Source: Thecamonas trahens ATCC 50062
Lineage: Eukaryota > Protista > Apusomonadida
NCBI RefSeq assembly: GCF_000142905.1
Contig: NW_013657659.1
Location: 20,233-84,232, forward strand
DNA length: 64,000 bases
Direction: 5' to 3'
In this document: positions 12,753-24,068 of the stretch, piece after piece
Layout of the letters: every line of letters begins with the position of its first letter
Position numbering within the stretch: position 1 is the stretch's first letter
Translations under genes and position numbers: made by a program
Notes under the pieces: generated by a model
Told to the model about the DNA's origin: nothing
The model's database searches: none
Seen by the model: the letters and a program-made list of their open reading frames with translations, nothing else

Positions 12753-13896
12753 ATGGGCCGTGTCATCCGCCAGCAGCGTAAGGGAGCCGGGTCTGTCTTC
12801 CGGTCGCATGTCAAGCGCCGCAAGGGTGCTGCCAAGTTCCGCACGCTCGACTACGCCGAGAAGAACGGTTACCTCAAGGGTACGTAGTGTGTATGGGTGG
12901 TGAGGTCAAGGGCGAGCTTGCGTCGACGATGCGAGCAAAATCAGACACTTTGCCTTGTTTGCCCACGCCTGCGGCACCACCTGCTCCCATCCCTGCCCAA
13001 GCCACTTGTGAGCATGACCAACGGGCCTACCACGTAGTGTATGCGGTGTTGTACATGCTTTTGCAAGGACTTGGCATTGTGGTCTGCATTGGCTATGGTT
13101 GGGGTGGAGGAAGGAGTGGCGGTCTGGCGGTGTCGCCAGTGCCGCCTCCGATTGATGGCCAATTTTGTGTTTGTGTGCGCTCTGCGTGACGAGCATGTTG
13201 GGGCATGGTATGGGGAATGATTGTGACTTACAGCAGAATGGAATGGTCGGTTGTGTAGGTATCGTGAAGGAGATCATCCACGACCCTGGACGTGGTGCCC
13301 CGCTTGCCCGTGTCCAGTTCCGCGACCCGTACAAGTACCGCCTTAACACGGAGACGTTTATCGCTGCCGAGGGTATGTACACTGGCCAGTTTGTGTACTG
13401 CGGTAAGTCGGCGCAGCTGTCTGTCGGTAACGTCATCCCGCTGTCGGAGCTGCCTGAGGGTACCATTGTGTGCAACGTTGAGGCCAAGAAGGGCGACCGT
13501 GGTACCTTTGCCCGGACGTCTGGCAACTACGCCACCATCATCTCGCACAACCGCGACGACAAGGTCACCCGCATCCGCCTCCCGTCGGGCTCCAAGAAGG
13601 TCATCCCGTCGACCGCCCGTGCTATGGTCGGCATTGTTGCCGGTGGTGGTCGTACCGACAAGCCGCTCCTCAAGGCTGGCCGTGCCTACCACAAGTACAA
13701 GGTCAAGCGCAACTGCTGGCCGCGCACTCGTGGTGTTGCCATGAACCCGGTTGATCATCCCTTCGGTGGTGGTAACCACCAGCACATCGGTAAGCCGTCG
13801 ACCAAGGCCCGCGACGCACCGCCCGGCCAGAAGACCGGTCTCATGGCTGCCCGCCGCACTGGTCTCCGCCGCGGTTCCAAGAAGAAGCGCGAGTAA
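12753..13896 (+). CDS. RPL8: 60S ribosomal protein L8 (uL2)
   Basis: [47 protein letters not shown]. Exons 12753-12879 and 13259-13896, with a phase-1 GTACGT...TAG intron. Confidence 0.98.
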
Positions 13897-13963
13897 ACTC
13901 GAAGCTCACCAACCGCACGGTGAGAGTGATGAGATGGTTTAGTAAGAGGAGGCATGGTGAAGT

Positions 13964-16096
13964 CTACGAGGAGTACGCCTCGTCGTCGGATGCGTCGCGG
14001 TTGTCATCAGACGAAGAGACGACGTCATAGGTGTAGTCATCGTCCGAGTCCTCGTCGTCGGACGAACCAAAGAACCGCGTCTTGAACTTGGAGCGGCGGG
14101 AGGAGGCGGAAGCGGCAGCAGCCTTGGCTTTGGCCTTGGCCTTGGCAGCAGCCTTCTCCTTGCGGGCAAGCTCTTCAGCCTTTGCGTCGACGTCGATCGA
14201 CTCCGAGTTGGACGAGCCGCGGAAGCGGCGTGAGATGGCGCGGAGGCGGGCCATTTCGACGTGAGCGGCGGTGCCCGGGTTCGGGCGTCGTCCGAGTACG
14301 ACGAGTTGTCCTCCGAGTCGGCGATCTTCTTGGGCTTGACGTACGGCACAGTGGTACCGTGGCGGTTATACGCCGTCGGCTGGGCGTGGGTAAGGAACTT
14401 GCCCATAAACGGGAGGTTGAAAAAGACAAAGGGGAGCGAGAAGACACCGTAAAAGACCTTGACAAAGTGGATCGAGGCGCGGAACTTCCACGTGTCCTCC
14501 ACCGGGCCGTCCTTGCCGCCGTCGCCATCGGCATCCGCGTCGGTCACCGGCGTCGGACCAAAGTAGAGCGGGATGGCGACCAGGATGAGAGCGATGAGGA
14601 GGACAACCATGTCGTAGTAGAGAAAGGCACGGAGCCGGCCACCGCGGCCCGCGTACCAGGTGCAGCAGCAGCAGGGCGAGCCCGGCGAGCCGATGGCGTG
14701 CTCGTCAAACGACTCGTCGCCGTCGCTCGAGTCCGAGTTCTTGGCCTTGCGCTTGGCGGCCTTGGCCTTGGCCTTGGCCTTGGCCTTTGCGTGTCGCGGC
14801 GTCGGAGGTAGGCACGGGCCTCATCAGGTGAGAGCACGCCGTCGTCATCGTAGTCAAACTTGCGCATGGCCCGACCGCGGACAATGAGCGAGCGGGCGCC
14901 CTTCTTGACCGAGTACGGAAGGAGGACAAAGGCGAGCCACACAATGAGGATCTGGCCGAGGAAGAGGCCGTACGTCCAGAGCGGCTCACCAGGGCCGTCG
15001 CGGTCGCACCGCCCGGTGTGTGCGGTGCAGACGTAGAACTGGACAGCGGAGATGAGCGCAGGGAGGAAGCCGGTCGTCACAAACTGTAGGCCCTTGAACG
15101 AGAGGATAAAGTGGACGAGCTGGTACTCGTCACCCCAATCGATGACGAGGAAGACAATAATGTACAGGATCTGCGAAATGCCAAAGACCGGGACCAGCGC
15201 CAAGAGCGAGAAGAACCACCAGATCGGGTCCTTGAACGAGCCCCACATGGTCTTGTCCGACGGGAACATGTGGTAGAGGAAGAAGGCTCGGATCGGGCGG
15301 TACGGGTTCGGGCACCACGACGGCGGCGAGCCCTCCACCACAGGCACCTTCTTGTGGACGCCCGACAGGACCTTGGACTTGGACTCTTCCTTGACGTCGG
15401 GCCAGATCTCTCCGACCATGTCGTCGACACCGCGCTGGACCCATTTGGGCATCTCGGGGTCCTGCATCAGCCGGATTTCGTTGTCGGGGTGAGGGGGGGG
15501 GGGGGATCATAGTTGCAGTCGTTGCCGTCGGCGAAATAGTGATAATCATGATGGTGATTGTAGTCGTTGTCACGTCGTTGGCAGAGGAAAAGGCAGCATG
15601 ATCGTGGGCATTAGCGTATCGTACCATTGGCGTGTCGTGGCAGAAGACGAGGCCATTGGCGCGTCGCGACGGAACAACGAGTCATCGACGAGAGCCGATG
15701 GCCATTTACACATTGATCCATTGATTGATTCATTGAAATCGGTTCGAATCGTTCCGTACCATTCCGCGCCAACGTCGTAGCCGCCCACACATGAGGCCAT
15801 AACAAGCAGAATATAGGCATTACAGCAATCAAATCAGCATAGTAGGTAGTCAAGAGATAGTTTGAGTTGTGGTGAGAAAATGAAGGTGTACAAATGGGGA
15901 TAACGTGCAAGAGAGTGATGCGGGATAGAGGTACCTTGATGGAGTCAGCAACGACCTTGCCAGCGTAGTCGAGCGTCCTGTCCAGCACATTGTCGACACC
16001 GACTTGCATGACACCGACAACTTCATTAGCTCCAGCAGAGACGACAGAGTCAACTCCCTTGTACGTCTTGCCAGCCGCAGAACGGAGTCGATTCAT
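13964..16096 (-). CDS. Multi-pass membrane protein of unknown function; two frameshifts (near 14787 and 14284)
   Basis: Exon 1 (16096-15935, MNRLRS...ADSIK) is followed by a GTACCT...CAG intron and exon 2 from 15461 (DPEMPKW). ORFs 14544-15467, 13939-14610 and 13964-14254 join by single-base additions, giving about 6 hydrophobic helices. Confidence 0.7.
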
Positions 16097-16380
16097 CTTG
16101 TCACTCGATCTTCCGAGAGATGTGCGTGCTCTCGGCTGAACACCAACTACCAAGGCTGCCGCGGTAGAGTTGCAACTCACACGGCCAGACAGTACCTTTG
16201 CTCCCACCTGCCTCTGTCTGTAGACTTGGCCGCTGCCTTGATCAGAGGTGCAGAGAAAGGTTGGTGAAGAGTGCAAGTGCTGTGCTTTCTTTTCGGGAAT
16301 GCATCGTGGCGCTGCATCGGAGCCTGGGTTGGCGCGCCTGCGACATCGGACTGCGGCGGGAGGTTGAGTGGGGGGGGGAG

Positions 16381-17157
16381 CTACTGGACAAGCACCATCC
16401 AGCCAATGGTGAGGTAGAAGAGGGCGATGGGGTAGATGGCGAGAAGACGCTTGTTCGAGGGAACCGAGTCGACAAGAAAGGCGCGTGAGGCAAAGGTGGC
16501 CCAGAACCAGCAGGCGAGGACAATGCCGATGCGCCAGGCAAGATGAGACCAGATCGAGGTGAGGAGAGCAGCAATGAGCATGGGGAAGATACAATATCCA
16601 AGTACACACACCGACTGCAGAACTGAGAGCTCTCCCCCCAGCAGTTGCGCATTGAGCGTGACCACCAGAGCACCAACCCAAACCAGAGCAAAGACAAGCG
16701 CAAAGACCAGAGCTGACTGATCAGAAGGAGCTGAAGCCGACAAGACGACGGAGAGTACCAAGCACAGGAGCAGCGGACCCCACAGATCCCAATCCTTAAG
16801 CAAGACATTAGCACCTGTCGTACCACCACCACCGCCGCCGACCATAGAGTACGATGATGATGAGGAGGAGGAGGAGAAGAGCGATGTGATGGGTACCATG
16901 ACTCTCAACAACTTTGCCCCAATCCGCTTCAAATCCCTAGCCAGAGTCGTCATTACAGGTTCGTTCAAAGAATCCGGTTGCAGTTCACGATGCAGTTCCC
17001 ACTCTGCCCATCCTTCATCTCGTCCTTCTCCGCCGACTCCTCCATGACCGCCACCGCCGCCACCGCCACCACCGCCACCACCGCCCCCACCGCCAGTACT
17101 CGGCCTGTCACTCAGCATGGCTGCCACTTGGTCGTCGGACGCAAGTTGCATGGTCAT
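16381..17157 (-). CDS. YIPF6: Yip1-domain Golgi protein, YIPF6-like
   Basis: SLNEPVMTTLARDLKRIGAKL, LKDWDLWGPLLLCL, VTLNAQLLGG, QSVCVLGYCIFP, LAIYPIALFY. Confidence 0.93.
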   Translation of the reverse strand: MTMQLASDDQVAAMLSDRPSTGGGGGGGGGGGGGGGGHGGVGGEGRDEGWAEWELHRELQPDSLNEPVMTTLARDLKRIGAKLLRVMVPITSLFSSSSSSSSYSMVGGGGGGTTGANVLLKDWDLWGPLLLCLVLSVVLSASAPSDQSALVFALVFALVWVGALVVTLNAQLLGGELSVLQSVCVLGYCIFPMLIAALLTSIWSHLAWRIGIVLACWFWATFASRAFLVDSVPSNKRLLAIYPIALFYLTIGWMVLVQ

Positions 17158-17699
17158 CTTCTGGGATGTAGTGGAGTGGAGTGGAGTGGCGTGTGTCTGG
17201 GTCTGTGCTGGTGCTTGTGCTTGTCGTTCTCGCTGTCTCTGCTCAACGTGGCGAACAAGGGGAAAGTCGCTGTCTTCGAATGCCGCTTGTGCGAGAAGAG
17301 CGCGCGGGCGCGTGGGCGGATGATTGGAGGGAATCGCGGGGCGGGGATAGAGACAATGGCGAATTCATCGGGGTTGAGAGGGAGGTGGGGAGGTGGAGGA
17401 GGTGGAGGAGGTGGGGGGGGGGGGAGCATCACCCGCACACTTCGAGCCCGATGACATGACGAGGGAAGATAAGATGCATCTGCCGCTTGTCTTGCCGGTG
17501 GTGGATGACAGCTGCGGTCCCATGGGCGTTGTGGATGGATGGTGATCTCCAACGACGGCAAGGCCAGTGCCACAAACACATGATCCGATCAGAGTGGTAG
17601 CATCGAGCCTTCTGGTCCCCAGCCAGATCTGGTAACCTCGATGTAGTCGCAGTACTTGTCTGGATATCGAGCTCGTCGTCCGACCCGCACCACGTGGTT

Positions 17700-18179
17700 T
17701 CACCAGTCTGCCGCCAGGTCCGCAAGAGATGGCTCCGGCTGCGCAGGTTCAGGCGCCGAGTCGACCACAACTGTAGATTTGGGCACCGCGCCAGCGGGTG
17801 CAACAGAGCCAGAAGCGAGGTTGACCTTCATCTTCTCCACGTTTGCATTCTCCATCCCGCGCCACGCCACCTCTTTGCACACCTTGCACCGCAACAAGCG
17901 ATCGTTCATCGTCCTTGCATCGGTCTCGGCGTCCTCGATCCGACCGTAAGTCGCCGAAGCAACATTTCCACATCCTCCGCACACAAGCCTACATACAAGC
18001 ACCTCTCCCATCTGATGAGTTCGCATTGTTCCCCCATGCACGCCCAAACACTCATCGTCGATCGTCGCGCGCCGATCTGCGCCACCCCGAGATGCGTCGC
18101 ACCGAGCCTCGCCAAGAGCATGATCACTCCCATATCGAGCATCACTCGCCCGAGCCACACTGTCTATCACTTCCACCAT
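17700..18179 (-). CDS. Hypothetical 159-aa protein with two CxxC pairs
   Basis: ATG-initiated ORF in the gap between YIPF6 and the ependymin gene, with CGGC and CKVC. No recognised family. Confidence 0.35.
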   Translation of the reverse strand: MVEVIDSVARASDARYGSDHALGEARCDASRGGADRRATIDDECLGVHGGTMRTHQMGEVLVCRLVCGGCGNVASATYGRIEDAETDARTMNDRLLRCKVCKEVAWRGMENANVEKMKVNLASGSVAPAGAVPKSTVVVDSAPEPAQPEPSLADLAADW

Positions 18180-18608
18180 CTTCTCCGACAGTAACCAGCA
18201 CCGGCAATTGATTATATAGCTATTTTTTGGCTCTCACCACACTCTTCAAACTTGCCCAACTCGCGCGCTCAACCTCGCTCAACTCGCCCGCCCCTCCCTC
18301 TCTTGCTCAAGCACGCACTCACGCTCATTTTCGAGACGTACGAGTTTTTGGAGAGGTCTTTCGTGGCAATACCACAAGCACACGACATGGCTATTGGCCT
18401 GGTGGGCTTGAGAGTTGAGTGGCTGGCGCAGAGGTCGACAAGTGTCGGCGATGAGTCAGTGAGTCGTGAGTCTCTGCCTGCGGACGGTGGAGGACACCGA
18501 TCTGTCCCGCCCCCCCCCCCCACCCCCCACCACACACACACACGTGCACACACCACCACTGTACACCATCGCCAGGATAGAGACAATGGATAATCGCCAT
18601 CACCATCC

Positions 18609-18676
18609 GGCGAGATCGGGCGAGATCGGGCGAGATCGGGCGAGATCGGGCGAGATCGGGCGAGATCGGGCGAGAT
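18609..18676. repeat. 10-bp tandem repeat (CGAGATCGGG)6+
   Basis: Perfect copies start at 18611, 18621, 18631, 18641, 18651 and 18661, plus a partial copy. Confidence 0.95.
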
Positions 18677-18951
18677 GAGCAAAGTTCGGGAGGCCAGCTG
18701 GCATAGCTTCTGGCCTGTATCACCGATCTGCCCGCCACCCTCCCTCCGCTCTCCCACACATCACCACCAATACTCCAGCCCGATCTCCCCATCATCATCC
18801 CAAGAACCATTTTCTTTCGTTTTTTCTCTCGGAATTCCCAGCGTCTTTCCCCCGACATGTCGCCGCACGCAGGTAAGGCAGGTTCTCTCGCCAGCCACCA
18901 CAGCCTCCGCCAACACAATAGCCATAGCCACAGTCAACTCTAATATTCAAC

Positions 18952-19826
18952 ATGTTCAAGCTGATTGCTGTTCTTGCGCTGCTCGCCATTGCCGTCTCGG
19001 CACAGACTCCCCAGCCGTGCTGTACGTTCCCAGTCGCTGTCCTCTCTGTCGTCTCCGCTCCCTCCTCCCTCCCCCTTCCCCCCGCGCATGTCGCTTCCGC
19101 TGCCCAAAACCGACCTGCCTGCCTGCTGGCTCATGCGACCTTTTTCTGGATTCGGTGAAAAGTCACGTGATCACGAACACGATCAAGTGCCGCCCGCGCC
19201 CGCCCTTCTTCTCCCTCTTCTTCTTTCTCTCGCTACCATACTCATGCCCAAGCAATTACGTCGTGTATACAACAGCCACTCCGTTCGAGTGGCAGGGTGA
19301 CATCTTCGTTGTGGACCCGGAGAAGCATGCTGCGGCTATTGCCCAGATCTCGTACGACTCGCTCCACCAGCGGACCAACACGTACGAGCGTGTCTACGCC
19401 AACGGCAAGCACTACGACTTCCAGTTCCTCGCCCTCTACCAGGACAACGTCGGCTACGAGATCAACCTTGATGACAAGACTTGCAAGGCTGTCCACATTC
19501 CCTCGGGCACCTTCCGCCCCTTCGCCCTCCCCTCGAACGCTACCTTTGACACCGAGCTCACCCTCGGCCTTGCCCTCGATGTCCAGGTTTGGTCCGGCCA
19601 GTTTGCCGACCCGCGTGGTGGCCTCATCCGCTGGATGGGTGGCGTCACCGCTGACGGCTGCATCCCGGTCTTTGAGGACGTCGCCATGGGTGACGGTAAC
19701 TTCATCCACCAGACTTTCTCCAACATCGTCATCGGCATCCCCAACATCAACATCTGGATCCCGCCCAAGTACTGCAACACCGCCGAGGTTCACGCCGAGT
19801 CGTCGCCCTTCAACTCGCGCTTCTAA
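18952..19826 (+). CDS. EPDR1: Ependymin-related secreted/lysosomal protein
   Basis: Signal peptide MFKLIAVLALLAIAVSA. Exons 18952-19021 and 19276-19826 (GTACGT...CAG) give PCSTPFEWQG. Also ISYD, KTC, FRPFALPSNA, GCIP and FSNIVIGI..IWIPPKYC. Confidence 0.88.
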
Positions 19827-20227
19827 GCGTGAGGCTCTCCTCCTACCACTCATAGGCTGGCTGCTATGACCCTGTCCAACCGTCGTGTCCATGTGGTTTT
19901 CCCCCTCGCATGGCCGTCTTTCAGAGTCGTAAACCTTCCCGCATCGTCGTCTGCCTGCCGTCGCTCAGCCCTCGCTGGCGCAAAGGAAGCGAGCTGATAT
20001 GCAGAATACAGGCACCCACAGGGTACCCACCAGTCCAACACTCGCCTGGCCTTGATGAGAGCCAAAACGACTTCATTGTGCCTGACGGTGGTCCCACCGG
20101 ACACCATTCTGGGCACCATCAGTCTCACCATCACACCCGCGCTCACCATCACACCCACGCAACAACTTCCCCCGCTCTTCTCTCCTCGCTCCATTACTCT
20201 TCCACCTGCCATCATCCAGCCCGGCCA

Positions 20228-20326
20228 CCACGATCACGATCACGATCACGATCACGATCACGATCACGATCACGACCAGCATCACGTCCGCGAACGCGAT
20301 CGCGATCACGATCACGATCACGATCA
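20228..20326. repeat. (CACGAT)n microsatellite upstream of HPS3
   Basis: Two interrupted runs read directly from the sequence. Confidence 0.9.
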
Positions 20327-20428
20327 AACCCCTCACCACCCCTCCCCCCCCACCCCCCCCCCCCCCCCCCACCCCCACCACCACCACCACCACTGCTACC
20401 ACCCCCTCCCCATCCCACCACCACCACG

Positions 20429-23400
20429 ATGACGACGAAGGTGCTCCTGTTCCCCCTGTTCGAAGCGGAGCAAGTGTTCGGCCCAGCTACCGAACCTGTG
20501 GCTGTCAGCTCTTGCAAGTCATGCTTCCTGGTGGCGTCCAGCACGGGACTGGTCTCACTCTACGCGCCAGGAGGTAGCACATCATCTGCTCGCATACTCT
20601 CTTCCTTTGCAGCTACATCTTCAAGTATTTGGAAGATGGCGTATGTGCCACAAGCTGATGTGGTAGTGACTTTGGAAAATACCTCTCAATCGCTCTCGCA
20701 ATCGCAAGCTGTTCGCATCTACGCCAACTGGCGCATTCTCCCAGATTCTGATGCTGTTCTTCGTCCATCGTCCTCCTCCTCGTCATCTCATGCTACCACC
20801 GCTGGTCCTGCTTCTAGCTCTGGTGCTATTGCTCCTCCTGCTGCTGCTGCTGCTGCTGTTTCTCCTAGTTTGCTGCCGGCGGCTGCGCTGGGTCAATCGC
20901 CTCCCCGCTCTGGTCATGGTCTCGATGATGACGATGCTGCGCGAGCTGCTGCTCGTCTAGCTCTCGCCTCGCCAGATGTGGCGGTGCCAGACAATCATCC
21001 GCTTCCGGCTGGACTTGTCACCTACACTCTGCCCGCTAGTGAGGAGCATCCGCCGGTGGCCATCGCTGTCTGCTCCGAGCTACCGCACCTAGCGGTGGCT
21101 TCGGCAAAGGCCATCAGCGTGTGGAACGTCGACCCGAGCATCGGCGAGCCGACGCTCATGGCTTCGGTCGAGCTGCCGGATGGATCGAGTTCGAACCCGC
21201 CGGTGGCAGTGGCGCTCCGCGCCGGCGTCCTCGCCTTTGCCACCGCATCGGAGCTCTTTGTCTATCGGCTGTGGTTCGAGCGGACAGCGCCACGTGGGCC
21301 AGGCGCCACTTCGGGCTCGGCAGTCCCTTTGCGCCCACGCCGCTCCCAGTTTGGCCAGCCGCTTGCTGCCTTTGGCACCGACGTGGACATGCTCTCCAGC
21401 TCGGCGCTCATCGGCACCGACGCCGCAGCCACCTTTCGCTTTGACGGCACCAGTGGCAAGCCGTCGTCGCATGCAGACATGCTCCTCGTCCCTGGCTTGC
21501 CTGCCGAGCGAGCCAGCGGCAAGCCGGTCTCTGCCTCGGCAGCCCACCGCGCCGCCCACCCCTCGGCCGCCGCAGTCTGCGAGCTCACCGCCTCCGCCCC
21601 CTCCACGCCTTTCACGTCAACGCCGCCGACGGCTACCAGCTTACACAATGCACGCTCGTGGCTCATATCCGCAGCGACACGAGCTGGGGCATCCACTCGC
21701 TCCAGGTTCTGCCTGAGCATGCCGGCGGGAGCGTCGAACTCGTCGCCGCCAACGACGACCCGCTGAGCGAGTTTCAGGCCCCGATCTCCCAGTCCGCGGC
21801 TCGGTCGGCCTGCCGCGTCCTCGTCGCTGGCGAGCGGACCGGCATGCTGCTCGCTGTTGGTGCCTCGGGCGAGTCGGTTACCAAGCTCTGTGACTATGCC
21901 TTTACTTCGCCAGCGAGCGCCGTCCTTGCCTCGGACTCGCTTGTCTACGTCGCTACCGCCACCGGCATGGAAACCTGGTCGCTCCGCGGGCTCGATGGTG
22001 GCTTTGGCGCAAGCTACCCGCCGCCGGCGGTCCTTGGCATGCAGGTCTTTATGGGCGTCCGCTCGTTTGCGCTCGCGGGCGACGCCCTCGTCGTCCTCTC
22101 CAAGATGTACGAGGACGAGACAGCGTACCCACCGACGGCGTGCCGTGGAATGACCCGCCTTCCGGCCGAGGCCTGGAACATCTACATCCTGCACTCGGCG
22201 CCGCTCGGTAGCCTCGTCAACGACATCTCAGCGCGCGCAGCCATGGCCAACGAGCCTGATCCAGGCACCTACTTTCTCCTGCTTCTCGAAGCCTACCTCC
22301 TCCTGCAGACCCGCCTCGCCAAGCTCGCCCACGAGGCTCGCGAGGCCATCGGTCTGCTCGGTGCACCCGAAGTCGACCTCGCTGAGAGTGTCACACACAC
22401 CCTCGAGGCCGCCAACTGCACCGCGCTGCTGCACAAGACCGCGGCGCTCCTTGCCGCCTTTCAGATGAACGCGGCGGCGCCGGCCTCAGCCGCACACTTT
22501 CTGTGGCAGTCGGACATTCCGCTCACCCGCGGCCTCGCCCTCCTCGCCCGTGCGCCCGGTGAAGCCAAGATCTACTACCTCGACCGCATGCTCTTTGCGC
22601 CTGTGCTCCTGCCGCGCGTTGACGCCAATGCTGACGCCGCCGCCGCCATTGTCGCTCTCTACGCCCGCCACGCCCCGACCTCGCTCGCCCGCCTCGCCCT
22701 CTACTCTTGCCTCCAGGACTACCCGCAAGAGCCGGTCCTCACCGGCCTTGCCGAGCTCGAGACAAGAAGCCCGTACGACACCCTCGCCTACGCCCTCCTT
22801 GCGCTCGACGTTGGCAAGCTCTCAGCAAGTGTCGAGGCCCTCCTCGCCACCCCGCCCGAGCTGCTGACCAAATTCGTCTCGGCCTCGCCGGGCATGCTCT
22901 ACGTGCCGCCGGACCAGGGCAGGTGGACCGGCTCTTCCGACTACGACGACGACTACGATGCTGGCGGCGGCCCAGGCTCTGATCCTGCACTTCCGGCTGC
23001 GCTGCCGTCGTTTGCCGAAGTCCTCGCCGTCGCCCTCCCTTTGTCTTCCTCGACATCATTGTGGCCCAGGCCCTCGACTCGGCCACCCTTCCGTTCTCGG
23101 TTGCCCTTGACCTGCTCGAGTCGGCCTGCGGCAGCCGCCGAGTTGCGGCCAAACCCAACTCGCTCGTCCCACTTGCCACCCTTGACCCTGACGCTGCTCT
23201 CGACGGACCGGCCCAGGCCGCGCTCCTCGCACACATGGCCGCCTCCTCGGGCTTGGCCCGCCTCCCGCTCGTCGAATGCTTCCTCGAGCGTGCCATCGTG
23301 TGCCCCAACTTGGAGACCGACGTCTCTGAGCTGGCTGTCCGCCTCTCACACATGTACCTGGCCCGGATTCTGGATGCCGAGGCCGTCGACGGCGGCGGAC

Positions 23401-24035
23401 CTCAGCTGGTGAGCCTCCCAGCCGTCGCCTCGCTGCCGGCAAGCCACGCAGCTCGCGCCGAGGCCTGGCTCAGCATGCTGGCCGACGCCGCGCCATTTGG
23501 CGAGCCGTACCCGTGGCTGGCGCTGATGCCAGCTCCGGAGCCGATCAGGCCGTACGTGGCCAAGCTCTCGTCACTCCTCGCCTCGCCGCTCTTCCACTCG
23601 GCCGAGTTGCTCCTCGACCAGATCCAAGCAGCGATGCCGTCGCAGACCTCCCCGCCGCTTCATCTCTGCAGCCTCGAGCTCGCCTGCCTCGCTGCACTCG
23701 GGCGGACCGAGACTCTGGTCAAGACCCTCGCCACTGTCGCTGCCGCCGCCCCGGTCGTCCCGCTCGCGGTCGCCCGCCTCCACTTTGGCAGCGACGCCGA
23801 GGCCTGGCGGGCGCTGTTAGACGCGCTCAATGCCTCTTCCGGGCCAGCGGGCGACAGCGCTGACCCGCCTGTCGCCACCCGCTATGTTCTCGAGCACATG
23901 GCCCGGATCCTCCCGCCGGCGACCTTCATGCAGCTGTTGCCGTCCGATGGTGACCTCCGGGTTTACTTTCCGCTCCTCGCCGCCAGCATCACCGGCGAGC
24001 GGTCGCGCAAGGTCCTCGCGTCGATGCCACTATAA
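20429..24035 (+). CDS. HPS3: BLOC-2 subunit HPS3-like protein; two frameshifts (near 21598 and 23040)
   Basis: The N-terminus LFPLFEAEQV...KMAYVPQADVVVTLE...VRIYANWR matches the HPS3 N-terminal pattern as recalled. C-terminal PPATFMQLLPSDG. Three ORFs join by single-base additions in homopolymer runs. Confidence 0.75.
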
Positions 24036-24068
24036 AGGAGACACGCAACATGGCGCGCCGGGCAGCTA

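Noticed and set aside
11848-13258. Intronic snoRNAs in the RPL4 and RPL8 introns
   Set aside because: No convincing C/D or H/ACA box pairs were seen by eye. A covariance-model search would be needed.
19910-20428. N-terminal RS/poly-Pro extension of HPS3
   Set aside because: It is translation of the CACGAT microsatellite and poly-C. Family similarity begins at ATG 20429.
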